64,000 bases of DNA from a virus: positions 14,778-78,777 of the IMG/VR virus record IMGVR_UViG_3300010371_000034. One strand, given 5' to 3'. This document shows, piece by piece, positions 46,180 to 55,268 of this stretch (position 1 is its first letter; each line of letters opens with the position of its first letter). Made by a program: the position numbers and the translations under genes. Below the pieces are notes generated by a model. It was given only the letters and a program-made list of their open reading frames with translations, was not told the origin of the DNA and did not search any database.

Positions 46180-48513
46180 TTACAGCGACATCCCGGTCGC
46201 CCAGGTCTCGCTGTGGTACTCGACGCTGACCGGCGTCGGCACCCCGATCCCCTCGCCACCCATCTCCATCAGCCGCTGGAGCGCCCGCATCCTGGGCAGG
46301 TTGGTCAGCCACGGCTCTGGCCCAGTGCCAGCCGGACAGTCGAACAGAATCTCGTCATGTATCTCAAGCGAGATGTACCCGTCCCAGCCCTCGGCGTTCC
46401 ACTCTGCTATCTGCTCGCCGCACCTGACCAGCGCTTGGTTCTTGACCCAGCAGGCCGTGCCCGACACGTGGTAGTTGAACGGCGTCGTGCTCAGCACGTA
46501 CCCGTCCTCGGTGCGCGACGCCAGGATCGGGTACCCCCTGTCGGGGTCCACGAACTTGTCCGGCATGGTCTCGACGTACCCCAGCTTCTCGGCCATGTTG
46601 AGGTAGTGCCGTTGTAGCGCGCTAAGCAGAGGAAACTCGTTGTCCACCAGATCAAACGAGTTCCTGATCCCTGACAATGCGTCTCCCTTCTTGCGTCCGC
46701 AGCCGTACTGCTTGGCCAGGTCGAAGAACTTCGACCTCTTGTACAGGTTGGGCCGCTCCTTCTTGAACGCATCCTTCCTGTCAGCCAGTGGCCAGTATTC
46801 GTCGGGATAGAGCACCGACGCCGTCAGACAGTACAGGCTGCCAAAGAACGGCGGTTCGTCGGGCCGCTCGAACACCTCTACCATCTTGGGCTCGCCAGAC
46901 TCGAACGCCGGTATCCTGCGCTCGATGTTGTGGTAGTCCATAGTCCACCACTCCCGGCCGGGCATCGGGCCGAAGCAGTTCCTGAGAGATTTAAGCGCCC
47001 GACCTGTTCCGCCGCACGCCCCGCAGCCCTCCCCGTCGCAGTACCCGCACTCAGCCTCCTTCTTGCTCACGTTCTGGAGGTTGGGGGAGTTAGACGCCCA
47101 CCGCAGGTGGTTGGTGGCGCACGGGTTCAGGCTGGAGTGTATCCGATAGTACCCTGGGTGCTGCGTCGGCAACTGGTGCCGCTTGTACGCCAGCATGTAC
47201 GTCAGCGCCGTCTCCCTAAGTCGCTTCTCCTGGAACGTCCGCATGAAGTCCAGCGCTGGGCCATCGTCCGCGGTTGCTATGTACTCGGCCAGCGCGTCCT
47301 TGTCCAGCGAGGCGTTGCCGGTCTTGCTGCTCTTGATCGGCCTCAATCCAAGGCACGGGTTCTGGCTGGTCACCAGCTCGACCGTCTTTGGATTGCGCTT
47401 GCGTCCGGCGCACTTGGGGCAGTGCTTGTCCACCGCCTCGCCGCCGTTCCAGTGCTTTACGTGCTTGACGTACTTGCACCGCGGGCATCCCTGCACCACC
47501 GCCCCGTAGAAGAACTCCCGCGTGCTGTCCGTCATCGACGTGCCAGCGGCCAGCTTGATGTCGTGCCCGAACTCTGCGGCGATCTCCACCAGCCTCTCGT
47601 CAGCCGCCGTCGTGGACTGGTCGTACTCCGCTATCATCTCGTCTGTGCTGCTGCCTATGATGGTGACGCCCCTGGACTCCATCTCATAGGCCACCCGCGG
47701 CAGCTCGCTCCTGTGCGCGAATATCTTGCACAGCTTCCTCTCTGTCACCAGCTGCTCCATCCGCAGGTACAGGGGAAGCTCCACCGCGCTGTCGGCGTTG
47801 GCGTAGTCCAGCGCCGCGGTCCACCACTCAAGCGGATAGCCGGACCCCTGCAACCTGGCCTTGTGGAGGTCCGTCAGCTTCGTCAGGTTCGGCTCGCGCA
47901 GTATCGCCCGTGCCAACGCCCGCAGCAGCCACATGTCGTTCTTCCACGGCTTGTCCTGCTCACGGTCGCTGCTGCCCTTCACCGACGGCATGTCCTCCAG
48001 ACCCTCCCTGGCTATCCGCCAGCAGCGGGTGTCGATGCCGACGTGGGAGAACGAGTTGTCCTCAACCACCTTGCGGCACTGCTGCGTAGCCACCATCACC
48101 CGCTGCTCGAACTTGAGTATGTTGGCCTTCGGTCCAAGGTACTCGATGGCGGTGTCCGTCAGGTTGTGCGGGTGGTTGGACGCCAGCAGGTGTGCCATCA
48201 CGAACGTGTCCCGAACCTTGGGCCACGGCACACTTACTCCCACCGCCTCAAGCATCCCCACGTCGAACTTCGAGTTGTGCAGGCAGACGATGTCGGCGTG
48301 GTCGATCTCCGCCTGGATTGCGGCCACGTCGTCCATGTCGACGTCCGGCTGCCGGGTGACCGGGTCCACCGGCCACTCCCACCAGGTCTGCATCCCCTGC
48401 TGGTTGCAGGTGGTCACCAGGAACGGCCGGGAGCCGTGTTGCAAATCGACTCCCGTCGACTCGGTGTCCAGTGATATAACTACCGGTAACCGTTTCGATG
48501 GCATGATCGGCAT
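46180..48513 (-). CDS. polA: DNA polymerase family A with 3'-5' exonuclease
   Basis: LDTESTG, HNSKFD, YA..D; R.AS..PNLQN; motif A DYHNIE.R, motif B K......YG, motif C IHDE. Confidence 0.93.
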   Translation of the reverse strand: MPIMPSKRLPVVISLDTESTGVDLQHGSRPFLVTTCNQQGMQTWWEWPVDPVTRQPDVDMDDVAAIQAEIDHADIVCLHNSKFDVGMLEAVGVSVPWPKVRDTFVMAHLLASNHPHNLTDTAIEYLGPKANILKFEQRVMVATQQCRKVVEDNSFSHVGIDTRCWRIAREGLEDMPSVKGSSDREQDKPWKNDMWLLRALARAILREPNLTKLTDLHKARLQGSGYPLEWWTAALDYANADSAVELPLYLRMEQLVTERKLCKIFAHRSELPRVAYEMESRGVTIIGSSTDEMIAEYDQSTTAADERLVEIAAEFGHDIKLAAGTSMTDSTREFFYGAVVQGCPRCKYVKHVKHWNGGEAVDKHCPKCAGRKRNPKTVELVTSQNPCLGLRPIKSSKTGNASLDKDALAEYIATADDGPALDFMRTFQEKRLRETALTYMLAYKRHQLPTQHPGYYRIHSSLNPCATNHLRWASNSPNLQNVSKKEAECGYCDGEGCGACGGTGRALKSLRNCFGPMPGREWWTMDYHNIERRIPAFESGEPKMVEVFERPDEPPFFGSLYCLTASVLYPDEYWPLADRKDAFKKERPNLYKRSKFFDLAKQYGCGRKKGDALSGIRNSFDLVDNEFPLLSALQRHYLNMAEKLGYVETMPDKFVDPDRGYPILASRTEDGYVLSTTPFNYHVSGTACWVKNQALVRCGEQIAEWNAEGWDGYISLEIHDEILFDCPAGTGPEPWLTNLPRMRALQRLMEMGGEGIGVPTPVSVEYHSETWATGMSL

Positions 48514-48626
48514 GGTGATGTGTCAGCAGGTAGGTTTGCAAGAAAAGGAGCGCCAGACACTTACAGGTCCCCCGACCCCCCAACCCTCGCGGTGCTTGGG
48601 AATCTGGCGCTCCGTCCGTCCATCGT

Positions 48627-49808
48627 CTACGACAGCTGGTCGAACGGCACCTTCAGCAGCTCCTTCTTGCCCCCCGGACCCGGCGGGCCGAACATCGCCT
48701 TCTTGTCCGGCCCCTTCAGCGTCACCGTCCGCAGCTGCTCGTTGACGCTGGTCACTTCGCACTGGCCCCCGTTGTAGGTAACGGCGGCGCCCTTGACCGG
48801 CGCCGGCTTGGCAGCTGCCGGCGCACCTGCGGGCGAGCCGTTGCCCGACCACCACGGCTGCGCGATCACCTCGCCCCAGCTGCCCACAGACCCCAGCTGC
48901 TCGTCGGTGATCCCCCGCTGCCTGGCGATCTCCACCAGCTGCGCGATGGCGGCGTTGCCGTCGTCGGTCTCCCCCTGCGGGTCCGCGTCGGCCATCTCGG
49001 CCAGCGCTACAATATCCGGCAACCCATCGTCCGGCTGGTGCTGCGGCTGCTGTCCCGTGACCGGTGGAGAGGCTGCCCCGCGGCTTGTGGCGGGTTGGGG
49101 CGTTGGGGTGTCCTCGAACGGCCGCGGGCCAAGGTTGGTGTTGGCGGTTTGGTGCTGTCCGTTGGGAGGAAGCTGCTGGCCAGCTGACTGGTCGTTGAAC
49201 CCCGCAGCCGGGTTGGCGGCCGCCCCGCCCGGCGAGTACTCGACGATCCCCTGCCACTCCTCGTTGACCCGCGGCTCCTTGTTGGCGTATGGGCCGGTGG
49301 CCTGCTTGGCGCCCTTCCAGGTGCGGAACCCGAAGTACACGCCCTGCTTGACCAGCGCTGCGGCCGCGGCCTGGAAATACTGCTCGATCCTGGAGCTCGA
49401 CGCTTCCTTGCTCTCCCCCAGCTGCTGCCCAGGCGGCATCGACACCGCGAACTGCTTGAACAGGTTCAGGTAGTCGGCCCAGTGGTCGGCGAACCGCTTC
49501 TTGCTGGTCCGGTTGGGGGTATCGAACATCGGGATCAGCAGGTGGGTCTGCCGGCCCTCGACCTTGGCGCCGTCGAACACCTTGGGTTCTTGCACCACCC
49601 CGGCGGCCCGGAAGTAGTACTTGCCCTTGTCCTCCGGCTTCTTGCCCTCGATGAACTCCATCACCGTCAGCTGGGCGATCCCGTTCTCGATCCCCGCCGG
49701 GATGCCCTGGTTGCCGAAGTTGACCGGCGCGTCCTTCGACGCCTCGTGGGCCTCGGCGATCCGAGCCCCCAGTTGCTTGAACAAGCTGACCTGCTGCTGC
49801 GCAGCCAT
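48627..49808 (-). CDS. putative single-stranded DNA-binding protein
   Basis: position between AAA ATPase and PolA; OB-like N-half, Pro/Gln/Ala-rich linker. Confidence 0.5.
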   Translation of the reverse strand: MAAQQQVSLFKQLGARIAEAHEASKDAPVNFGNQGIPAGIENGIAQLTVMEFIEGKKPEDKGKYYFRAAGVVQEPKVFDGAKVEGRQTHLLIPMFDTPNRTSKKRFADHWADYLNLFKQFAVSMPPGQQLGESKEASSSRIEQYFQAAAAALVKQGVYFGFRTWKGAKQATGPYANKEPRVNEEWQGIVEYSPGGAAANPAAGFNDQSAGQQLPPNGQHQTANTNLGPRPFEDTPTPQPATSRGAASPPVTGQQPQHQPDDGLPDIVALAEMADADPQGETDDGNAAIAQLVEIARQRGITDEQLGSVGSWGEVIAQPWWSGNGSPAGAPAAAKPAPVKGAAVTYNGGQCEVTSVNEQLRTVTLKGPDKKAMFGPPGPGGKKELLKVPFDQLS

Positions 49809-49822
49809 AATCGTACTCCTGT

Positions 49823-50257
49823 CTAATAAGGTTTACCGTGTGTATGTTGACACGGACGCGAACAGTAGATTCGTCCACCCTTCGCTCGTTTCATCCTCAG
49901 CCTGAACTGGTGAGGATATAGATGAAACACTGCCCCACAAGGACAATGACACTCTATACGGTTTGCAATGGGGCGATGATGCCTTGCGTGCCCAGAGTGG
50001 GACAAAACTTCAAGATTGTCTACTTCATCATTAGTCTTGTCCTCATCCTTATGATGCACGTCTTCTTCGTCAGTCAAAAGTCTACCTAACTTGTTTTCCA
50101 TCAACACGCGATGCAATGGATACAGCCCCTTGCTATTCGCCTTCGGGTGCTGTGGTTCAGTGCGACAATACTTGTACCCACCGCCTTTGCATGTTGATAG
50201 AATTTTGAATGGAGGGCCTATATTGCGTTCACGAAGATGCGCCGGAATCATAGGCAT
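49823..50257 (-). CDS. free-standing HNH homing endonuclease
   Basis: HRVLME..LGR.L...EDVHHKD..K..D...NLE. Confidence 0.88.
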   Translation of the reverse strand: MPMIPAHLRERNIGPPFKILSTCKGGGYKYCRTEPQHPKANSKGLYPLHRVLMENKLGRLLTDEEDVHHKDEDKTNDEVDNLEVLSHSGHARHHRPIANRIECHCPCGAVFHLYPHQFRLRMKRAKGGRIYCSRPCQHTHGKPY

Positions 50258-50274
50258 GTAATTGCTCCTCTAGC

Positions 50275-50341
50275 AACCCTCAATAAAACATGCGGCAGGT
50301 CGGTGAGGTTCTCCGACTCTTCGGGGATCAGCCTAGCCGCA
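50275..50341 (-). ncRNA. structured RNA motif copy 2 upstream of HNH gene
   Basis: TGCGGC/GCCGCA outer stem, TAGG..CCCGA core, GTCGG/CCGAC hairpin with loop AACCTCA complementary to downstream TGAGGGTT. Confidence 0.55.
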
Positions 50342-50450
50342 GTTAGACGGGTGAGCTACCTCTGCTCCACCCCGGTATGGAGCCCCTATCCCGGTCGCAC
50401 GTCGCCCAAGCGCACGAGCCGGGAGTCGGGGCATCGCTCTCTCGACAACT

Positions 50451-50765
50451 TCATTTTACCACAATCGAGAGCACGTCCGCCTGCGATAGGATCAAAAACT
50501 TTTCCCCGTCGATCTCGGCCTCGCTGCCTGCGTAGGAGCCAAACAGCACGGTCATTCCCATGCCCACGTCCATCGGCAGGCGCGCGGTGCCGTCGCGGTT
50601 CCACGAACCGGAGCCCACCGCGACCACCATGCCGCGCTTGGGCCGCTCCTGCGCCTGATCAGGCAGCAGGATGCCACCGGGCGTCTGGGTTACCGCCTCA
50701 TCGCTGACCACCACGATCCGGTCGGCCAGCGGGATCAGCTTGCATTCACATTCTCTCTTCGCCAT
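50451..50765 (-). CDS. groES: co-chaperonin GroES
   Basis: L.PLADRIVV, T.GGILLPD.A.E.P..G.VVAVG.G, VLF..YAG.E. Confidence 0.93.
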   Translation of the reverse strand: MAKRECECKLIPLADRIVVVSDEAVTQTPGGILLPDQAQERPKRGMVVAVGSGSWNRDGTARLPMDVGMGMTVLFGSYAGSEAEIDGEKFLILSQADVLSIVVK

Positions 50766-50787
50766 CGCACATCTCCTGTTATGTTGG

Positions 50788-51018
50788 TTACTTCACCCTA
50801 CCGTTCATCACGCACGGAACGCACGGCGCCCCGTTGCTCGCCTTGCCGGTGCCGCCGCAGGCCACGCAGGTCGGAGCAGGGGCCGAGCGAGCAGCCTCGG
50901 TATCCGCGGTAGCTTTTGCTACAGCTATCGCGGCACTTCGGCTGCCCGCTATGGTCGTAGCCCCTGCTCCCATCCGCGCCACCAGCGAGTCCCTGACGCT
51001 CTGCGGTATCACCGGCAT
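50788..51018 (-). CDS. small protein with CxxCxGxG zinc finger (MPVIP...)
   Basis: CVACGGTG...CVPC; GAGG RBS. Confidence 0.55.
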   Translation of the reverse strand: MPVIPQSVRDSLVARMGAGATTIAGSRSAAIAVAKATADTEAARSAPAPTCVACGGTGKASNGAPCVPCVMNGRVK

Positions 51019-51026
51019 TGCTCACC

Positions 51027-52004
51027 TCAGATGTACTTGCCCTTTGCCGACTTCGACCCGCTGAGCACCTTGATCAGCTCCTCGTACATCTCCCCCGGCG
51101 TCACCGCCTCGATGTACTGCGGCACTACGTCCGGTTTGGGGTGGCGGATGCCGGCGGCGTGGTTGCCATCGTACATGGTGCGTAGCCTGCGGACGAACTT
51201 GCCAGTGGGAGTGTAGAGAATCTCCGGCGGTTGTGCTATCCCATTTATCACTACCGGAATCTCCTGCGACTTGATCTCTGGCTGCTGATATAGCTGGCAG
51301 ATGCAGCCGCAGGCATCGTGCAACCACTCCACGGTCGAGCCGCCCAGGCTGGCCGCCATGAACGACAGGCTCTGCTCGACGTTGAGCAGCTTGCTGGTCA
51401 TCGTCCCGTCGTTCTGTGGGTTGTGGTCCTTCTCCTGGCAGACGAAGATCACGTTGCATGGTAGGCTGGCGAACTTGCGCAGCACCTCGCGGGTCTTGTC
51501 CGCCCGCTCGAAGTAGACCTCTCGCGGCACGCTGGCCCACTTCTGGATGTTTCCAACCTCGTTCCAGCCCATCAGCTCCGCAAGGATGATCCCCTGGATC
51601 GCCGTGGCATCCAGCGCAACGCTCTTGTATGGGCACTGCGACTTCTCGAACAGGTCCATAAGATAGCTCGCCAGCCACAGGGCCTTGGCGCTACCCTTCA
51701 TGGTCTCGGGATACCCTGTCGGGTCGGGATAGGGCCTAATCCCGATCATCGAGATGTCCACCCCCTCCATGCCGGCGATGGAGTCTGACCCAGCGTTGTC
51801 GGCAGGCTCCGCGGCCGCGTACAGCAGCGGCTTGGGCCACTGGACGGCCAGCGTCGACTTGCCCACCCTGTTCTTCCCGTACAGGCAGACCTTCCACCAC
51901 CGGGTCACCAGCGACTTGGCACTGACGATCCCAGGGATCGTGGATGCAGCGGCTGCGCCGTTGGGCTTAGCCTGGGTGGGGGTCTGCTTTATCATCACTG
52001 GCAT
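51027..52004 (-). CDS. AAA-family ATPase (Sak4-like recombination protein)
   Basis: LYGKNRVGKSTLA..WPKP, VALD, VIF..QE. Confidence 0.8.
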   Translation of the reverse strand: MPVMIKQTPTQAKPNGAAAASTIPGIVSAKSLVTRWWKVCLYGKNRVGKSTLAVQWPKPLLYAAAEPADNAGSDSIAGMEGVDISMIGIRPYPDPTGYPETMKGSAKALWLASYLMDLFEKSQCPYKSVALDATAIQGIILAELMGWNEVGNIQKWASVPREVYFERADKTREVLRKFASLPCNVIFVCQEKDHNPQNDGTMTSKLLNVEQSLSFMAASLGGSTVEWLHDACGCICQLYQQPEIKSQEIPVVINGIAQPPEILYTPTGKFVRRLRTMYDGNHAAGIRHPKPDVVPQYIEAVTPGEMYEELIKVLSGSKSAKGKYI

Positions 52005-52006
52005 GT

Positions 52007-52219
52007 TTAGTCTCCAGGTCTTGTTCCATCTGCAATCGCGTTCAACCGTCGCCGCCCGGCCGGTGTTAGGACCCAACCCACAGTTGCCAATCCAAGCGTT
52101 TGCAACTGCTTCATCTCTTCGCGCTCAGAATCGGTGTATTGCGAGTCTTCGACGTAGGACCCGCACTGGCCCAACTCGTCAAGCCTGCTGTCTAGGTTAA
52201 CCGGCAATGGTATCAACAT
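52007..52219 (-). CDS. hypothetical protein
   Basis: GGAG RBS; LGL....LT..G pattern. Confidence 0.45.
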   Translation of the reverse strand: MLIPLPVNLDSRLDELGQCGSYVEDSQYTDSEREEMKQLQTLGLATVGWVLTPAGRRRLNAIADGTRPGD

Positions 52220-52223
52220 GTCG

Positions 52224-52439
52224 TTACTCCATCCCGAACTGTTGTTTCTTCTCTTTCAACGCCCTGGCGAACGTGCTCTCCTGCTCGGCCGGCTGGGCCA
52301 GACCCATCTGCTCAAGCTGCTCCCAGGTGGTATTGCCGGCATTGACCTGTTTCTTTGCCTCGCTGTGGCACTTCATGCACAGTCCGCGCTTGAGTGCCGC
52401 GGCGGCCCCCTTGCCGCAGCCGGGTGTTAGGCAGATCAT
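52224..52439 (-). CDS. small Zn-finger protein
   Basis: CLTPGC....RGLC.KC. Confidence 0.55.
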   Translation of the reverse strand: MICLTPGCGKGAAAALKRGLCMKCHSEAKKQVNAGNTTWEQLEQMGLAQPAEQESTFARALKEKKQQFGME

Positions 52440-52642
52440 ACCTTATCCTCCTGGCGTACCCACTTGCCATTGATTTCTTTTAGGGTTACGCCGCTGTAAA
52501 CGTCGAACCTCAAGTCTATCCTCAACGGCTCCCCGGTCACAGCCGTAAGCTGCACTCCGTCGAGTCGCTGCCTTTCTTCGACGCTAAGCACTGACAGTGC
52601 CCCGAACTTTCTCAACACGTCGTGGACAAACGAGTCCATCAC
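52436..52642 (-). CDS. hypothetical protein
   Basis: overlapping start/stop coupling. Confidence 0.45.
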   Translation of the reverse strand: MMDSFVHDVLRKFGALSVLSVEERQRLDGVQLTAVTGEPLRIDLRFDVYSGVTLKEINGKWVRQEDKV

Positions 52643-53208
52643 TCGTCCTCCAGCTCGGTGAACAGCTTGTCGGCCCGCCGTAGGCCGGCCTCGCTGCCGC
52701 AGTCCATGAACTCGTCGTACTCGGTCGCGCCGGCTTCGGTCACTTGATTATATGTACCGAAGGGCATTCGATAGTGCCTGCGGTCGTGGGCGGGGAACAC
52801 GTTAGAGCGGGTGGTGTAGTCCCAGTGGTCGTGCCCCTTGCGCAGACACCACTCCCACCACTGCCAGTCGTCCGCCAGGTTCTCAAGCACCGGGTCCAAG
52901 CACGTCCGCCGGAACGCCCCGATGTCCGCTGCGCTGACCCGGCTGAGCACCCGGAAGAACCAGTAGTCCGGCTCGGCGGCAATGTAGTCCCGCCGCAGCC
53001 GCTCGTAGAACTGCGCGTCGGTCTCGGCCGGTATCGAGTACCCCTCCTCCAGTATCCTACCATCTTTTTTGCTGACCCGCGCCTGCTTGCTCTTGGCTTT
53101 GTGCGGGGTGATGCTGCCCTTGCCGCCGGACAGCGGGCGCCGGACCACGTTGTAGCGCACGCCTACAACCTCGTGATTAAGAAACCGATACAGTTGTTCT
53201 TCTGTCAT
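52639..53208 (-). CDS. C-terminal part of split PD-(D/E)XK exonuclease
   Basis: ATGA overlap with GIY-YIG stop; GVRYNVVRRP...E....F..RL...Y...P.Y.F.R continues the upstream fragment. Confidence 0.65.
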   Translation of the reverse strand: MTEEQLYRFLNHEVVGVRYNVVRRPLSGGKGSITPHKAKSKQARVSKKDGRILEEGYSIPAETDAQFYERLRRDYIAAEPDYWFFRVLSRVSAADIGAFRRTCLDPVLENLADDWQWWEWCLRKGHDHWDYTTRSNVFPAHDRRHYRMPFGTYNQVTEAGATEYDEFMDCGSEAGLRRADKLFTELEDE

Positions 53209-53924
53209 GTTAATTTCCGTTTTGCTAATGATATAGCTGCACAATGGGCGGCCGATCTTTTCTTACCCTTTAATGCTGCTGCTATCTTTGCTTTATGAGA
53301 TTCCGATTTTGGCCTGCCCTTACCTGCCTTTGACATCTTCTTCCTGGTTTCTTCGCTATGCTTCCATCCCTCTGGAGGACCTAATCTTTTACCATCGGCG
53401 ATCAGCTTTCTGATGGTATCAGATTTCTTTTTCCTACTTTCCTCTGTGAACATCCGACCTTCGCTTGCCGCACCTATTGCTGCCTTGTGCTCATCGGAAA
53501 ACTGTCGTCCTTTGAGGGCGTTGCTTATCTTCTTTTTCACTTCATCTTTCATAGGAACACCCGACATACGTTCAGACATTTTCTTCCTGACTTCCTCACT
53601 CATTTCTATGCCTAACGTACTGCCCGTTGTTGGACTCCGATTATATCCAGATTTGAAAGCATCCATAGCGTCTATGTAATGCTGTTCCCTGCTCACGCAA
53701 TCATCAACCAAGCATACCTCGATTATCGAGAAATCAAACACATCCTCGCCATACTTGTTCCAAGCTGCTTGCAGGTGGCAGTTAGTATGGTACCCGCCGC
53801 GCAACGCTCTCCTATGGTCATTCCATCGTAGCTTAAAGCTCCTAGTCGCGCTGCCGACATAGACCTTCATATTGATCGAGTTCAATATAAGGTAAACGCC
53901 TATTTGGTTTTCAGGATCATCCAC
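53205..53924 (-). CDS. GIY-YIG homing endonuclease with NUMOD3 repeats
   Basis: GVY.I.N..N.KVYVGS, RW..H, LQ.AWNKYG, REQ.YI, GYN; SEE..KKMS repeats; AT-rich. Confidence 0.93.
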   Translation of the reverse strand: MDDPENQIGVYLILNSINMKVYVGSATRSFKLRWNDHRRALRGGYHTNCHLQAAWNKYGEDVFDFSIIEVCLVDDCVSREQHYIDAMDAFKSGYNRSPTTGSTLGIEMSEEVRKKMSERMSGVPMKDEVKKKISNALKGRQFSDEHKAAIGAASEGRMFTEESRKKKSDTIRKLIADGKRLGPPEGWKHSEETRKKMSKAGKGRPKSESHKAKIAAALKGKKRSAAHCAAISLAKRKLT

Positions 53925-54615
53925 GCTTCATCTCCTGTAAGGCTATCAAAGCAATCATATATAAACTCGCCTGCAAATCAAATTTGAGCTGCCGCTGGAC
54001 CGCCACCGGGTCGATGTCACCCTTGCTCTTGTTCTCCTGCAAGTAGATACCACCCTGGCTGGGGATCAGGTCGACGCTGTCGAACTTGCCCCGCAGCCTG
54101 ACCTGCCGCCCTGTTGGTAGGTTGTACGGCACGTCGAAAACCTGCTCCTGCATCAGCGGCTGGCGGTCGAGTACGTCAGGGTGCTGCGACCAGTACTCGA
54201 CGTAGACCGGGAACTGCACCCGGCAGACGCTGTCCCACTTGGCGATCTCCGGTCGTTGCAGCGGGTACTTATGCATCTGCTTGGTGGTATGCTCCACCAG
54301 CGCCTGCTCCCAGCCCCTACCGGCTGCCAGAGCTTCCTCGCAGGCGTGCCACTGGTTCCCGTAACCCCACGTTTTCTGCCACGTGTCAGCGGGTTGCAAC
54401 CCCAGCACGTACTTGATGCGGAACCGCTCGGAGCACGTCAGGTAGTTGCCGAGCATCGACTGGGTTATACCAGCCAGCGGACCCAGCGCCGACGGTCCCT
54501 GCCACAGCGGGCCGGATGGCGGCTCGGGCAGGGCGGCCACCTGCTCGGCGATCCTGGGCATCGGCACAGGATTGGTGGTTTTCACGACTGGTTTCACGGT
54601 CGGGATGATCGGCAT
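53917..54615 (-). CDS. N-terminal part of PD-(D/E)XK (Cas4/RecB-like) exonuclease
   Basis: ITQSML..Y..C..RF, G..WH, LRGKFD, ENKSK, DLQ..LY. Confidence 0.8.
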   Translation of the reverse strand: MPIIPTVKPVVKTTNPVPMPRIAEQVAALPEPPSGPLWQGPSALGPLAGITQSMLGNYLTCSERFRIKYVLGLQPADTWQKTWGYGNQWHACEEALAAGRGWEQALVEHTTKQMHKYPLQRPEIAKWDSVCRVQFPVYVEYWSQHPDVLDRQPLMQEQVFDVPYNLPTGRQVRLRGKFDSVDLIPSQGGIYLQENKSKGDIDPVAVQRQLKFDLQASLYMIALIALQEMKRG

Positions 54616-54790
54616 CTGAGTTCCTCCAACTTGATTGTAACCGAAATTTCGGGGTGAGCTGGGCAGCGACCCGATTTTCCCGGATCGCCCAGGATCGTTT
54701 CTGCAGGGCCGGAAACCGCCGGGCGGGACTTTGCCCGGCTGAAGCAGTCGGAGCGAAGCGGACGCGATCCTAGCACCGGCAAACGGCATC

Positions 54791-55006
54791 CTAGGCGGAT
54801 TCCTTTGGGCGCCAAAGTGCCTGGTAGAACAGCGGGCCGATCCCGGTGCTGGTGTGCAGCACCCCTCCGGCCAGTTGCCACCCGTTGCCCGACTCCAGCA
54901 CCGAGTGCACCTTGTCGTGCAGTTCGTCCAGCGTCTCGGCGGACACCACGTAGTAGCGCTTCCTGGCGATCCAGCTCAGCCAGCTTGGTCCCTTGTCAGC
55001 AGTCAT
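54791..55006 (-). CDS. hypothetical protein
   Basis: Y.VV......L...V...L..GWQL.GG.....FYQAL pattern. Confidence 0.6.
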   Translation of the reverse strand: MTADKGPSWLSWIARKRYYVVSAETLDELHDKVHSVLESGNGWQLAGGVLHTSTGIGPLFYQALWRPKESA

Positions 55007-55018
55007 GGTTGTCTCCCT

Positions 55019-55258
55019 CTAGTTGCCCGGAAATCTTACCACGGTCACCGCATCCTTGCGGACGATATCCATGTTCTCTTTGCTATACGACCACGTTCAG
55101 AAAAACTTACCATTGCGCTTGGCTATCTCACAGCTATCGGCTGTGACCAGCTTCACCTCGTCTTCCCTGAGCTCGGTGACATCACTGAAGAGGTCATAGA
55201 CCACTTCAACGTCCTGCGGCATCGTCTGCAACTTGGCGATCAGTTCTGCTACGGTCAT
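55019..55258 (-). pseudogene. small gene (MTVAELIAKLQ...FPGN) with in-frame TGA at 55099-55097
   Basis: hand translation: same frame continues 25 codons past the TGA to a TAG next to the following RBS. Confidence 0.5.
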
Positions 55259-55268
55259 GGTTGTCTCC

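Noticed and set aside
53200-53990. Group I intron around the GIY-YIG gene
   Set aside because: ORFs overlap directly on both sides, leaving no room for P/Q/R/S elements
53917-54615. Cas4 as evidence of a CRISPR system
   Set aside because: Sits with AAA ATPase and SSB-like genes as a typical phage recombination exonuclease; no array or other cas genes
55097-55099. Genome-wide TGA recoding
   Set aside because: TGA is the normal stop of many coupled genes (ATGA/GTGA overlaps); a single case is not evidence
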